Positions 1 through 12,758 of a DNA stretch of 64,000 nt are shown here, piece after piece (the first letter of the stretch is position 1; each line of letters begins with the position of its first letter). The DNA is taken from positions 17,856,001-17,920,000 of the forward strand of contig NW_027361725.1 in NCBI RefSeq assembly GCF_039654945.1, in the 5' to 3' direction. The notes below the pieces were generated by a model. That model was not told the DNA's origin. It searched no databases and saw only the letters and a program-made list of their open reading frames with translations. The stretch is from Dendrobates tinctorius. Taxonomy: Eukaryota. The translations under genes and the position numbers were made by a program.

Positions 1-312
1 AAATCGCATGCGCGCAAAAAGCGCTGACGTGCGCACGACCACACGCACGCCAGCGACCCCATAGACTGAAATGTTATTTTTTTGTGTATTCCGTGGGTAC
101 GCGTGTGCATGCGATTTTTTTACGTGGTTGGGCGGAACAAAAAATGCAACATGTAGCGTCTGGCGCGTCTGGGCGCACACCTGGAAAATGCACAGCGCAC
201 GAGAAAGCTGATGAGTGCGTGCAATCGCTAGACACTGTGCCCGCCATTTTAAAGATTGGTGACCAATAGCGCATGATGCGCTGCGCGATAAAACGCTAGT
301 GTGAAACCAGCC
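1..312. mobile_element. Right part of a palindromic non-autonomous MITE (PIF/Harbinger-like end)
   Basis: CpG-rich, self-complementary motifs ending CGCTAGTGTGAAACCAGCC followed by TAA (313-315); left end lies outside the window. Confidence 0.55.
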
Positions 313-1089
313 TAAGAGGGACTCAGTTAAACCCTGTATTAGACATAAAGGGGGCCTCATACACATTTTGTTTAAATTGTCATGTAGTGGTACTCCTAGA
401 CTAATAAAGTCTATGCACTAAGTGCAAGGCCTGCCAAAAATTACAAGCAGGGTTACTCATACACCCTTGAAGGCACCAACTGTAGTATCTCATTCAAATA
501 TTGTGAACAAAGTGTAGTTGTGGGACTCCCACACTCATAAAGGCTCTGCACACAGTACAAAGCCAGGAAAAAATTATAAGCAGGCTCATCTATACTCCCT
601 TGAAGGCAACAATTGGAGGGCCTCATTAAAATAATAAGAAAGTAAAGTTGATGTGCTCTTACACTCATAAAGGCTCTGAACAAAGTGCTAAGCCTTGAAA
701 AATTCTAAGGAGGGTAATACCGTCATCCAAAGGCAACAAATGGAGGGCCTCATTAAAAGGCAGCGGTACATAAAGTCGGTCATATGTACCAAGTCCCTAC
801 TGCCAACACTTCCCTATATCACTAAGCACACACATCCCTGTGAGTAATTGATTCCAGAATTTTTTCAATGCTTTTTTAGAGTGTTATATACACTACTAAA
901 ATGTACCACAAAGCACATAATTCTCTATTGATAAGTAATTGAATCCAGAAAAAAATTACAATGCTTTTTAAAAGTGTTATATACCACTAAAATATACACA
1001 GTAAATGGAGGGCACCACCAGAAAAATTTATATGTAAGAGCAAGAGGTCTCACCAGGGTATGCAAGTAGACATGTAATAGAGCAAGAAA

Positions 1090-1885
1090 AAGTCAAACCC
1101 ATAAAAGGGAGCAGCTCAGTTGCATAAGAAATATATATATACCAAATATATGTGTAATACAAAATTTGAATTTTTATTATTCACCAAAAGAATACATACA
1201 GAGAAAGAACAAAACACATATAGTATAAAAACAGTTAAAATTGCATCTGTGTGCAAAGGAGACTCAAGACCAAATGCCACACCTCAGTATAAAGGCAATG
1301 GCAAACCACAGCAGGCTCCCATAAAAGGCGCTGAATGAATAAATATAACTGGCTTTAGAAATGTATGCCTACAAATATACAAGCATGTATCACAAAAAAC
1401 TTATATAAATATAATATGTGCAAAAAAATTGCATATATAGAGAGTGACAAATTACAACATTTAACAATTAGTATACAATACCAAAAGAGGATCCAACAGC
1501 ATTTGTGATCAAAAATTGGTTTGAAAAAATATCCAGTTGCTAATATGAAACAATGGTAACCCCTCAAAGGGGGAATTTTATCACTAAGTCAAATGTGAAG
1601 GACATATAACGAAGAGAAATGTCCAAGAGATGGTAAGACTGAATAAGTGTGTAAAAACACACTAAGGTGCAGAGAAGCTGAGAATCAGGGCAATGATGCT
1701 ATTTTTCCCTGAGGAAGCCACCTCTTGTGTGGCGATATGTGTGGGATCTCATCCCACACACTTGCTCCCCTTATCTCTGGTGGCGATGCTGGCTTTTCTT
1801 CATGTTTGTGGGACATACCATTGTCCCTTTAAGATGACCGGCCCTGTACCGAGTATCCCACGGCCTCTGGGGCGCGGCAGTTGCA
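1090..1885. mobile_element. Penelope-like terminal-repeat relic (reverse AT-rich tail plus forward hammerhead-containing segment)
   Basis: AT-rich tail with a minus-strand AATAAA, followed by a hammerhead-like motif at 1706-1746 resembling the one in the Penelope element at 40385. Confidence 0.45.
1706..1746 (+). ncRNA. Degenerate minimal hammerhead ribozyme motif
   Basis: TCC-CTGAGGA-A-GCCAC...GTGGC-GATA-TGTGT-GGGA: CUGANGA core, 5-bp stem II, GATA in place of GAAA, flanks able to pair as stem I. Confidence 0.5.
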
Positions 1886-3106
1886 TACCACCGATTTGTA
1901 CCACAGAGCATGTAATAATGTGTGGATGAGTAATTAAATCTATAAAAAAGGGAACGCTTTTTTAAAGTGTTTTATAAAGGAGAAATATACAACAAAGCAT
2001 GTTATACCGTATGGATGAGTAATTAAATCCAGAAAAAAACTTCAACTTTTTTGGAGTATTATATAACACAGAAATGCACCACATAGCACATAATACTGGA
2101 TGAGTAATTAAATCCTGAAAAAATTGACAATGCTTTTTTATAGTGTTTTATACCATGGAAATGTACAGCTGTGCTTAAATGTTTACGTAAATTTCAACTT
2201 TTTTGGAGTGTTAGATACCATGGAAATGTACCTCAGAACATATAATACTGTATGGATGAGTAATTGAATCCAGAAAAAAATTACAGTGCTTTTTTGTAGT
2301 GTTTTATACCATGGAAATGTACAGCTGTGCTCAAATATTTACATAAATTTCATCTTTTTTTGGAGTGTTATATACCATGGAAATGTACCACAGAGCATTT
2401 AATACTGTATGGATGAGTAAGTGAATCCATAAAATAATTTCAATGTTTTTTGGAGTGTTATATAATGCAGAAATGCACCACAAAGCATGCAATATTTTAT
2501 GGATGAGTAATTGAATCCAGAAAAAAAATTCAACATTGTTTTGGAGTGATATATAACACAGAAATGTACCACATAAATCTGGATGAATAATTAAATCCTG
2601 AAAAAGTTTTCAATGCTTTTTTGTAGTGTTTTATACCAGGATAATGTACCACAGAGCATATACTACTGCATGGATGAGTAATTGAATCCATTAAAGAATA
2701 TCAAAGCTTTTTGGGAGTGTTATATAACACAGAAATGCACCACAATGCATGTAATACTTTATGGATGAGTATTTGAATCCAGAAAAAATTCAACACTGTT
2801 TTGGAGTATTATATAACAATGTTACATACCACCGAATTGTACCACAGAGCACGTAATAATGTATGGATGAGTAATTAAATCTATAAAAAGGTAAACACTT
2901 TTTAAAAAGTGTTATATAACACAGACATACAACAAAGCATGTAATACTGTATGGATGAGTAATTAAATCCAGAAAAATATGTCAACTTTTTTTAGAGTGT
3001 TATATAACACAGAAATGTACCACAAACCACATCATACTGTATAAGTTGTTAAATCCTGAAAAAATTTACATTGCTTATTTGTAGTGTTTTATGCCATGGA
3101 ACTATA

Positions 3107-3670
3107 CAGATGTGCTCAAAAGTTTACATAACCCTACAGAATTTTTGCTTTCTTGGCCTTTTTCAGAGAATATGAATAATAATGCCAAAACTCTTTATCC
3201 ATTCATGGTTACTGGTTGGGTGAAGCCATTTAATATCAAATTACTGTGTTTTCTCTTTTTAAATCATAATGACAACCTAAAACATCTAAATGACCATGAT
3301 CAAAAGTTCACAAGCCCTGGTGATTTTGGCCTGATAACATGCACTGAAGTTGACACAAATAGGTTTTAATGGCTATTTAAGGTAACATCCACCTCACCTG
3401 TGACCTGTTTCCTTGTAATCAGTGTATGTGCATAAAAGCTGAGTGAGTTTCTGGGATCCGGACGGACCTTTGCATCTTTCATTCAGCCACTGACATTTAT
3501 GGATTGTGAGTCATGGAGAAAGCAAAAGAATTGCCAACAAATCTATGAGAAAAGGTAGTTGAACTGTATAAAACAGGAAAGGGATACAAAAAGATAGTTA
3601 AGGAATTGATAATGCCAGTCAGCATTGTTCAAACTGTTATTAACAAATAGAAAATCAGGGACTCTGTAGA
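3107..3670 (+). mobile_element. Tc1/mariner transposon, 5' fragment
   Basis: TA + CAGATGTGCTCAAAAGTTTACATA end; decayed transposase N-terminus from 3513 (MEKAKEL...EKVVELYKTGKGYKKI); truncated by CR1. Confidence 0.8.
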
Positions 3671-3702
3671 AAAATGATGAAGAAATACATCAGGATAAGA
3701 CT

Positions 3703-4287
3703 TTGCCAACAAACAGCAACCTTGTACGCCTTCAGAGTCCTCCTGGATGGAGAAAGAAAAATGTTGTGAAGAAGAAACGGAGAGTGGTGGTCATGGGGGA
3801 TTCCCTGTTGAGAGGAACAGAGGCCGCTATCTGCAGACCGGATATAACTTCAAGAGAAATGTGCTGTCTTCCAGGTGCAAAAATTAAAGATGTGTCTGAC
3901 AGGATATCAGGACTCTTCAGACCTACAGATGACTACCCATTCCTGCTACTACATGTGGGGACAAATGACACAGCAAGAAACGACCTGGAAACCATCTGCA
4001 GAGACTTTGAAGACTTAGGCAAGAAAGTGAAAGAACTGGGAGCGCAGGTGGTCTTCTCTTCCATCCTCCCAGTGGATGGCCATGGAACAAGGAGGTGGAA
4101 TAAGATTCTGCAGGTGAACAACTGGCTACGTCGATGGTGCCGTCAGCAACGATTTGGATTTCTGGATCACGGAGTGAACTACTTATACGATGGACTACTT
4201 GCTAGAGATGGGGTGCACCTTACGAAGACTGGAAAGCATGTATTTGGAAGTCGCCTTGCTACACTTGTAAGGAGAGCTTTAAACTAG
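3703..4287 (+). CDS. CR1 ORF1 C-terminal SGNH/GDSL esterase domain
   Basis: VMGDSLLRG, PGA, HVGTND and DGVHL blocks. Confidence 0.9.
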   Translation: MPTNSNLVRLQSPPGWRKKNVVKKKRRVVVMGDSLLRGTEAAICRPDITSREMCCLPGAKIKDVSDRISGLFRPTDDYPFLLLHVGTNDTARNDLETICRDFEDLGKKVKELGAQVVFSSILPVDGHGTRRWNKILQVNNWLRRWCRQQRFGFLDHGVNYLYDGLLARDGVHLTKTGKHVFGSRLATLVRRALN

Positions 4288-4466
4288 AACAACATGGGAA
4301 GGGAAGCAAAAGACCAGAAAAAGCCATACACCTGACAAATGCTATTGAGAACTCTGCTAATAGAAGTGGAAAGGAAGAACAAAGACGAAAGAATCTAATT
4401 AATAAAAATATTGGAGAAAGAGAAACCAATCACAAACTAAAATGTTTCTATACTAATGCACAAAGC

Positions 4467-7190
4467 ATGGGCAACAAACAAGGAGAATTGGAACTACTAA
4501 CACAGGAAAAGAAATATGATGTCATTGGAATCACTGAAACTTGGTGGGACGATACACATGATTGGAATACAAGACTAGAAGGATACAACTTATTTGCAAG
4601 AAACAGACTTGATAAACGAGGAGGGGGTGTTGCATTGTATGTTAGAAACGCATATATCTGCACAGAGATTGAAGCTTCAGAGACTGGGAGTTCTGTGGAA
4701 ACTGTTTGGGTAAGAATACAAGGACAGAACAATGGAAAGGACACCATTGTAGGCATTTACTACAGGCCGCCTGTGCAAGCTGAAGATATGGATGAACTCT
4801 TTATGCATCAAATGGCCAAGTTCTCCAAAAAATATGACATAGTTGTCATGGGAGATTTCAACTATCCAGACATTTGTTGGGAATCTCTCTCAGGCAAAAC
4901 TAACAGGTCAAGGAAATTCTTATCCTCTCTTGCTGACAACTTTATCTTCCAAAAGGTAGGGGAGAAAACAAGGGGAACTGCTACCTTGGATCTAATCCTT
5001 ATAAACAGGGAGGAAATGGTTGAGGAGGTAAAAGTGGCTGGAACCCTAGGAGGTAGCGACCATGCTATTTTAGAATTTTGGATAACTAGAGGCGGAAGAC
5101 CTGTGAAGACTCAGACGTCAAGGTTAGATTTCAGAAAGGCAGATTTTAAGGGATTCAGAAAGATAATTGGAGGAATCCAATGGCTGGATATCCTTAAAGA
5201 CAAAAATGTCCAGGAAGGATGGGAAATCTTGAAAAATGAAATTCTCAAAGCACAGTTGTTAACAATTCCGAAAAGAGGGAAGAATAGGAAGCATTTAAGG
5301 AAACCAGGATGGGTGAACACAGAACTTAAGCACATGCTAAAAAGGAAGAAAAAAATGTTTATAAAATGGAAAGAGGGAGGCATATCTAAAGAAGAATATA
5401 ATGCTGTCTGCAGAATCTGCAGGGCACAAATCAGATTAGCTAAAGCTGAAAATGAATTGAGGCTTGCAAGAGATGTCAAAAGCAATAATAAAGGATTTTG
5501 GGGATATGTCAAAAGTAAAAGAAAAGTCAAAGATGCTATAGGATTTTTACAGGATGAAAATGATGAAATGGTAAGACAGGATGTTGAGAAGGCTGAACTT
5601 TTAAATTCCTATTTTGCATCTGTTTTCTCTCAGAAAGGAAATGTAACACCAACTGTTATTCACTGTCCTATTAAGGGAATAGAAGAATCCAGGATATCTA
5701 TAAACAGAAAGATAGTGAGGAAACACTTAGCTAACCTGAATGAATTCAAGTCTCCAGGTCCAGATGAATTACACCCCAGAGTACTGAAGGAGATAGCAGA
5801 AGAAATTTCTGAACCACTCTCCATAATCTTTAAAAATTCTTGGAGAACAGGAGAAGTGCCAGAAGACTGGAGAAGAGCAAATGTTGTTCCTATCTTCAAA
5901 AAGGGGAAGAAGGTGGACCCAGGCAACTATAGGCCGGTGAGTCTGACTTCTATACCAGGAAAGATCTTTGAACAAATTATTAAACAACATGTAAGTCAAT
6001 ACCTGGATAAGAATGAAGTGATCAAACAGAGTCAGCATGGGTTTGTAACTAATAAGTCATGTCAGACTAACTTAATTTCCTTCTATGACGGTATCACTGA
6101 TTGGGTGGATCAAGGAAATGCTGTAGATATAGTATATCTTGACTTCAGCAAAGCATTTGACAAAGTCTCTCATACAATCCTTATTGAAAAAATGACTAAG
6201 TATGGAATGGACAAGGCAACTGTTAGGTGGATTCATAGCTGGCTTAGTGATCGGACCCAAAGAGTGGTCGTAAATGGCTGCACATCCAGTTGGAAGAATG
6301 TCTCAAGTGGGGTACCACAGGGCTCTGTCCTGGGCCCTGTATTGTTCAACATCTTTATCAACGATTTAGATGAAGGAATTGAGGGTAAACTGATTAAATT
6401 TGCTGATGACACAAAGCTAGGAGGGATAGCTAATACTAGAGAAGAGAGAGAGAGGATTCAAAAAGATTTAAATAAACTGGAGAAGTGGGCAGTAACTAAC
6501 AGAATGGTTTTAACAGGGAGAAATGCAAAGTACTACATCTGGGCAATAAAAATGAAAAAAGCATATATAGAATGGGAGGAATAGGGCTAAGTGACAGCAC
6601 ATGTGAAAAAGACTTGGGTATACTAATAGATCACAGACTGAATATGAGTCAACAGTGTGATGCAGCAGCAAAAAAGGCAAATGCAGTTCTAGGATGTATT
6701 AACAGAAGCATACAGTCTAGATCACGTGAAGTCATTATTTCCCTCTACTCCTCTTTGGTCAGACCTCATCTGGAATATTGTGTCCAGTTTTGGGCACCAC
6801 ATTTTAAAAAAGACATCAACAAACTGGAGCAAGTTCAGAAAAGAGCGACCAGAATGGTGACCGGTCTGCAAACCCTGTCTTATGAGGAAAGGTTGCAGGA
6901 TTTGGGAATGTTTAGTTTGCAAAAGAGAAGACTGAGAGGAGACTTAATTGCTGTCTACAAATATCTAAAGGGCTGTCACATTGTAGAACTTTATTCTCAT
7001 TTGCACAAGGAAGGACTAGAAGCAATGGGATGAAACTGAATGGGAGGAGACACAGATTAGATATTAGAAAAAACTTTTTGACAGTTAGAGTGATCAATGA
7101 GTGGAACAGGCTGCCACGAGAAGTGGTGAGTTCTCCTTCAATGGAAGTCTTCAAACAGAGGCTGGACAGACATCTGACTGGGATGATTTA
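4467..7190 (+). pseudogene. CR1 ORF2 (APE endonuclease + reverse transcriptase), frameshifted
   Basis: GITETWW, GDFN, GGSDH, QGSVLGP and FADD motifs; relative to copy 2, a 1-bp deletion at ~6510 and a 7-bp deletion at ~6988 break the frame. Confidence 0.93.
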
Positions 7191-7979
7191 GCGAATCCTG
7201 CTTTGATCTCGTCTCCTGAGCTCTCACTCTGCACATGCGCCGCCTCCGGCGACCATTTTCCTGAAGGTCAACTCAGCATTACAAAAATGGAAGTGCGGGG
7301 GGCTCTGGCCTTTCACAAAAGGCCGGCGGAGCCCCTGCACCGCCGATCACCTGCAAAAGTGCCGCACCAGCCCGGGTTGGATGTGTGGCTCCGGGATTTC
7401 CACCAATGCTGGCGGAGCCCCGCAGCACCAATCATCTGCCAATCCGCCGCCCATCAGCCTCGGATGTGTCTCCTGGTAAGTGCATCTGCACCATAAGCCT
7501 ACGTTTGATATGATGTTTAGATTGCACTTGGCCGCAAGTCATTTAGGCCGTGGAAAATATCGCACTGCACTCAGATGACATCTAAGTGCAGTCTGACTTC
7601 TACGGACTGACAGAATGGAGAAGACACTCTGATCAGTGTGATTAGCAAAATTGATCACATCCTCTTGTATGAGAGATTACACGCTCATCTACACCTGTCC
7701 CAAAAGAAAGCTATTTATAATATTTTGGATGTATCATTTTGTGCACTATAATTCAGTGAAATCAGCATATGCACCGAGATAGCGTTGAACCCATGTTATT
7801 TCAGATTCAGACTGGATTCAGCTGCGATAATTTTAACAAGTCTTATTTATATACATCCAAAAAAAGATGCAAAGGTGAAATAGGCATGTTATGTACGGTA
7901 AGGTGATCCTTTTAAGGAATTATGATTACATATGACATAAATAATCTTAAATATATGTTGGTTAATAATGGATATGATT

Positions 7980-9560
7980 CATGGGCGTATCCAGGATCAA
8001 AACTGGGGGGAGGGCAAGCCATGGTCGGTCAGGTTATAAAATTTTAGAGCGAAAAAGGTGAATGAAACGAAAATTTTAAGAAAATTATATGTAATTATAG
8101 CAGTGCTTTATTAGTTATTACAATTATTTGCTTGCAAAAAAATTTAGATTTTTATTCTAATTACATGTCATATACTATTATCATTTTTCTTGGGTTTGAA
8201 GAAAACTTGTTCAAAACTTTTGTTTCAATCCAGTCCTTATTTTCCTTGAAGAATTTCCGATGGACGCTCATCAAAAACAACCCAGTCAGTCTGTCCTCTC
8301 CCATTGTGCTTCTGAGCCAGGTCTTTACCCTTCGAAGGGTACTGAAAGATCGTTCAACAGTAGCTGTGGTGGACGGGAAAGCACTTAAAATGAAGAGTGT
8401 GTGCCTTGTTGCAGGGAAAAAAATATTAGCCTCCTCCAAAAGTGCAACCACTTCAATGTACTTTAATTTGTCTTCTGCTAAACCCTTCTTTTTCCACAGT
8501 TTATACCACAAATCTAATTCTGCAGAGATATCACCCAACCCATAAAACTCCATGAAAGAATTTGCATTTTTTTTCCAAATCTTTTGAAGCTATTTTTAGC
8601 ATGTATGAAGGATGAAGATAGGATAAGGCAAAAGCAGGTGTATTTTCGTGTGAGAAGCTAACATTCAAAGATAAAGTTAGGGAGTCAAGATAAAGGATGA
8701 TCAACGACCGTCTCCAGTATTCAGTCGGAGTCTCAGATGGTGGATTACTTCTGTGTATTTGCTTTTGAGCAATTCGTGGTACCGATAACTCAACCCCGAC
8801 TTTCTCTGCGATATCATGTGATTTTTAAGTAATTCATCAGAAACATGCTCAATTTCTTGTCGATCCTTCATGATATACAGCCCCCCATCAGACTCCCATC
8901 TCATATACAGCACCCCCACAGGGCTCTAATATCATATACAGCTCCCCATAGGGTTCCCATATCATATACAGCCTCCGATAGGGCTCCCATATCATATACA
9001 GCCCCCCATATGGCTCCCATAATATTCAGCCCCCCCATAAGGTTACCATATCATGTACAACCCCCATAGGGCTCCCATATCATATACAGCCCCCCATAGG
9101 GCTCCCATTATGGGAGCCCTATGGGGGGCTGTATATGATATGAGAGCCCTATGGGGCTGTATATGATACTGGAGTCTATCTCATATGCAGCCCCCCATAG
9201 GGCTCCCATACAGCCCCCCATAGGGCTCCCAGTCCCATTTCATATACAACAGCTCTCCACATTATCTCCCATCAGGTCACTGTCTGATTTAACAAGTATT
9301 TACATTTTTTTTTTACTTTGTCTTCACTCCTCCTTGCAGTTCCAGCAGTCTCTCCAGGTTGTCTGCCAGCATCACACTGCAGGACTCGGGGCACTCAGTG
9401 ATGATGTCATCACTGACTCCAGTCCCCACCATGCTGATCTGCAGTGCAGAGTGGCTGGCAGACACTGAGGTCAGGATTAAAGCTCCTTCTAGTGGCTGTG
9501 GGTGCCCTCCGCTCCGCTGATGCATCATGCCACCCTGGCGCCCTGCACTCTGCTTACTGC
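7980..9560 (-). mobile_element. hAT-family relic with C-terminal dimerisation domain and internal minisatellite
   Basis: ORF 8161-8553 contains PSTTATVERSFSTLRRVKTWLRSTMGEDRLTGL; CATGGGCGTA terminus at 7980; right boundary uncertain. Confidence 0.75.
8870..9260. repeat. 30-bp minisatellite with an internal inversion
   Basis: Unit GGGCTCCCATATCATATACAGCCCCCCATA at 8921, 8951, 8981 and 9011; reverse-complement units at ~9110-9168. Confidence 0.9.
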
Positions 9561-9579
9561 CGGCAGAGAAAAAATATAC

Positions 9580-11967
9580 CAGCATGGATTCACGAATGAC
9601 ATGTCATGTGTAACCAACATGTTTGGTTTCTATGAGAAGACAAATGCAAATCTGGATGTTGGTAATGTGGCTGATGTGATGCAAAACTATTTGATACTGT
9701 ATCCCATAACAGCCTTATACTGAGGTTCCAGGAGCAAGGATGGGGAAACTATATGCAGATGGGTGAAAAATTGTGTAATAGACAGGAAACAAAGATTTGT
9801 TGTAAATGGTACATTGTTTAAATGGGATAAAGTAAGCAGTGGGGACCACAATGATCAGCAGTAGGGACCACAAGGATCAGCAGTGGGAACCACAAGGATC
9901 AGCAGTGGGGACCACAGAGATCTAGGACCCATTCTTTTTATTCTCTTTATTAATAACCTTGTGGATGGAATTGAGAATAAAGTGTCAGACTTTACGGATG
10001 ACAACAAACTATGTGGGATAGTAAAAATTGAGCTTGACAGTGTAATATTATAGAACCATCTGGATAAGATGTCTGCATGGGCAAACACATGGCATGTGAA
10101 GTTTAATGTTGATAAATGTAGAGTAATGCACAACGGCTAGAGAAATTCTATTGCTGCATATACATTAAATGCAAATAATCTCGGGACTATAGAACAGGAG
10201 AAGAACTCTGGTATTGTGGTTACAAGTAAGCTGAGCTGCAGCACCCAATATCAGGCTGCAGCTGCAAAAGCAAACAAGATTTTAGGATTTATAAAAATAT
10301 ATACAAAATCCTGTGATCCCAATGCTTTATTACTACTCTGTAAATCGCATATAAGGACACATTTAGAATACGGGATCCAATTTTCATTTTCCACAGTTTT
10401 AAAGGATATAGGAAAGCTAGAGCCAGTTTAAAGGTAAGAAACTATAGGATGGAGGGTTTCTCCTGCAATGGTAGGTTACAAAAGTTGAGCATCTTTAGCT
10501 TTCAAGAATATGCCTCAGAGGTGACCTAATTTACAAATAAAGATATAGGAAACTGTCAAATGAGTTATCCATTCCAAAGACCTTAAATAAACAGGGCTCA
10601 TGCTTTACATGTAAAGTAAAAGCAATTCCGGCATCTAAATTGGAAATGGTTCCTTACAGACAGAGGAGTCAGACTGGGGTATTCTCTTACACAAGAGGTA
10701 GTAAAGGCAGATCAGAATTTAAGAAAGGGCTGAATGACCTTCTTACAACAAACAGCACTGGAAATTATAAATAATTTAGCGATCGATATATACCTTATTT
10801 TCCGCTTTGTAAGACGCACTTTTTTCCCCCCAAACTTGGGGGGAAAATGGGGGTGCGTCTTACAAAGAGGATATACATTACCGAGTGTAGGCCGCAGGGG
10901 TGTCCGGCTGTCCGTCCGCACTGTGGGTGTCTCCGGGTGCCCAGCCGTGTCTCCACATGTCCAGCGGTGTCTCCGGTTCCAATCACGGGGCTCTGGCAAC
11001 ATTTTGCGACAGGCCAGAGCCCCCGGGGCTCCCCCTCGGTTCCCTCTGTTTTGGCTCCGGCAATATGGCGGCCGCCGCCGGGGGCAGCGCATGCGCTGAT
11101 GGTGATCTCGGGACAGATCTCGCTGAAATCTCATCTCTCGAGATCTCAGTCCCGAGATCACCATCAGCGCATGCGCCGCCATATTGCCGGAGCCCAAAAC
11201 AAAGGGAACCGAGAGGGAGCCCTGGGGCTCTGGCCTGTCGCAAAATGTCGCCAGAGCCCCGGGATTGAAACCGGAGACACCGCTGGGCACATGGAGACAT
11301 GGCTAGGCACCCGGAGACACCCACAGCGCCGATGGACACCCGGTAAATGTGGGCAGAGCCCCGGGCTGCTGCACAGACCCCCCTGGCAGCAGCGCAAGCC
11401 CCCTGGTAGCAGCATGAGCCCCCCTGGCAGCAGTACAGCCCCCCTGGCAGCAGCGCAAGCCCCCCCGGTAGCAGCATGAGCCCCCCTGGTAGCAGCACAA
11501 GCCCCCCTGGCAGCAGTACAGCCCCCCTGCCAGCAGCATGAGCCCCCCCTGGCAGCAGCACAGACCCCCCTGGTAGTAGTACAGCCCCCTGGTAGCAGCA
11601 CGAGCCCCCCTGGTAGCAGCACGAGCCCCCCTGATAGCAGCACGAGCCCCCCTGGCAGTGCGCTGCACATCGGAGCACCCTCTCATCCCTTCCTGCGGCC
11701 TGCAGTATCACCCCACTCCTGCCTCCTCCAGCAGCGACCCTGGGACCCCACTTCACCGCAGCCACCACCCCCGGTAAGCAATAAGACACCTGGATTATAA
11801 GAGGCACCCCATTTTATTAAAAAAATGTTTTTTCCTATTTTTCTCCTCAAAATTTGTGGTGCGTCTTATAATCCGAAAAATACGGTATATCAATTATAAT
11901 TTGTCAAGAAAGGTTAAAGTTTATGGACTTATTGTATGTTTTTGTTTTCAAAACTTATGCAACTATG
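9580..11967 (+). mobile_element. Old degraded CR1 ORF2 and 3' end, interrupted by a MITE
   Basis: FTDDNKLCG, QYQAAAAKANKILGFI and HLEYGIQF remnants; 21-bp tandem expansion at ~9836-9915; AACTATG tail remnant near 11960. Confidence 0.75.
10793..11885. mobile_element. Tc1/mariner-superfamily (pogo/Tc2-like) MITE with long internal palindrome and minisatellite
   Basis: TA-CCTTATTTTCCGCTTTGTAAGACGCAC ... GTGCGTCTTATAATCCGAAAAATACGG-TA TIRs; inverted arms at 10898-11341; 20-21-bp repeats at 11370-11660. Confidence 0.85.
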
Positions 11968-11999
11968 AGGAAATATATAATCAATGATCTTACAGAAGC

Positions 12000-12740
12000 A
12001 ATTATTCTGGCACATCAGTCTGAAAATGGATTAAAAAGCCATTTCTAAATAATTGGGAGTCCATAATTTTACAGGAAGAGAGGTTATTTAGTAGCAGAAA
12101 ACATTCAAAATAGTTGACAATTTTCCTAGGAGTAGATAACCCACAAAATTCCCCCATAAAGTCAGACCATATAATGCTCAGAGAAATTGGAAAAAAAACT
12201 AAAGAGCTAAAGCTCATATTCTTAAGGCCTCACAAAACATGTTAAATGTTCAAGTTCATGACAGCATAATTAGATAAAGACTGAATATGTCTGGATTGCT
12301 TGAAATGGTTGTCAGGAGACTGTATCGTCTTTCTAAAAAAAAAACATGACAGCAGTTCTAAAGTTTGAAAAATTGCATCTGAGCAAACCACAAGACTTCT
12401 GGAAAAAATGAGACAAAAGAGGAGATGTTTATCCAAAATGCTCTGAAACATGTTTGGCAAAAATATCTCGTACCAATAGTCAAGCATGGTGATGGAGGAG
12501 TGATGATTTGGGCTTTTTTGTAGCCACCTTGCAGCCATTGAGTTTACCATGAAGTTGTCTGCATACAAAAGTATTGCAAATTCAAATGTGAGGTCTGCTA
12601 TCCAAAAGCTAAATCTTTGATGATATTGGGTCATGCAACAGGATAGCTCTCCCAAACACATCAGCAAAAGTACATCAAATTGACAGAAAAAGAAGAATCA
12701 AGGTACAGGAATGACCCAAATTTCAAACCTCAAACCTAAT
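12000..12740 (+). mobile_element. Degenerate Tc1 transposase relic
   Basis: Remnants of KAISK, VKHGDGGVMIW and WVMQQDSSPKHISKST. Confidence 0.7.
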
Positions 12741-12758
12741 TACAAAGAAGTAGCAGTC

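Larger units (their letters stand above)
835..3105. repeat. Diverged ~89-bp tandem satellite with a ~940-bp higher-order duplication; interrupted at ~1010-1885
   Basis: GGATGAGTAATT(A/G)AATCC recurs at ~1924, 2013, 2098, 2253, 2411, 2501, 2582, 2672, 2763, 2865 and 2953, with related copies at ~841 and ~931; 1886-2180 parallels 2826-3120. Confidence 0.85.
3670..7206 (+). mobile_element. CR1 LINE, copy 1 (ORF1 esterase + ORF2); 5' truncated, 3' terminus missing
   Basis: ORF1 and ORF2 motifs; nearly identical to the copy at 16270-18658 but stops at GCGAATCCTGCTTTGA, before the 3' hairpin and microsatellite tail. Confidence 0.95.

Noticed and set aside
8870-11660. Short regular repeats superficially like CRISPR arrays
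   Set aside because: No unique spacers, no cas genes, eukaryotic context
10712-11807. Multiple overlapping 120-270 aa ORFs
   Set aside because: Artefacts of a GC-rich palindrome and 20-21-bp minisatellite within a MITE
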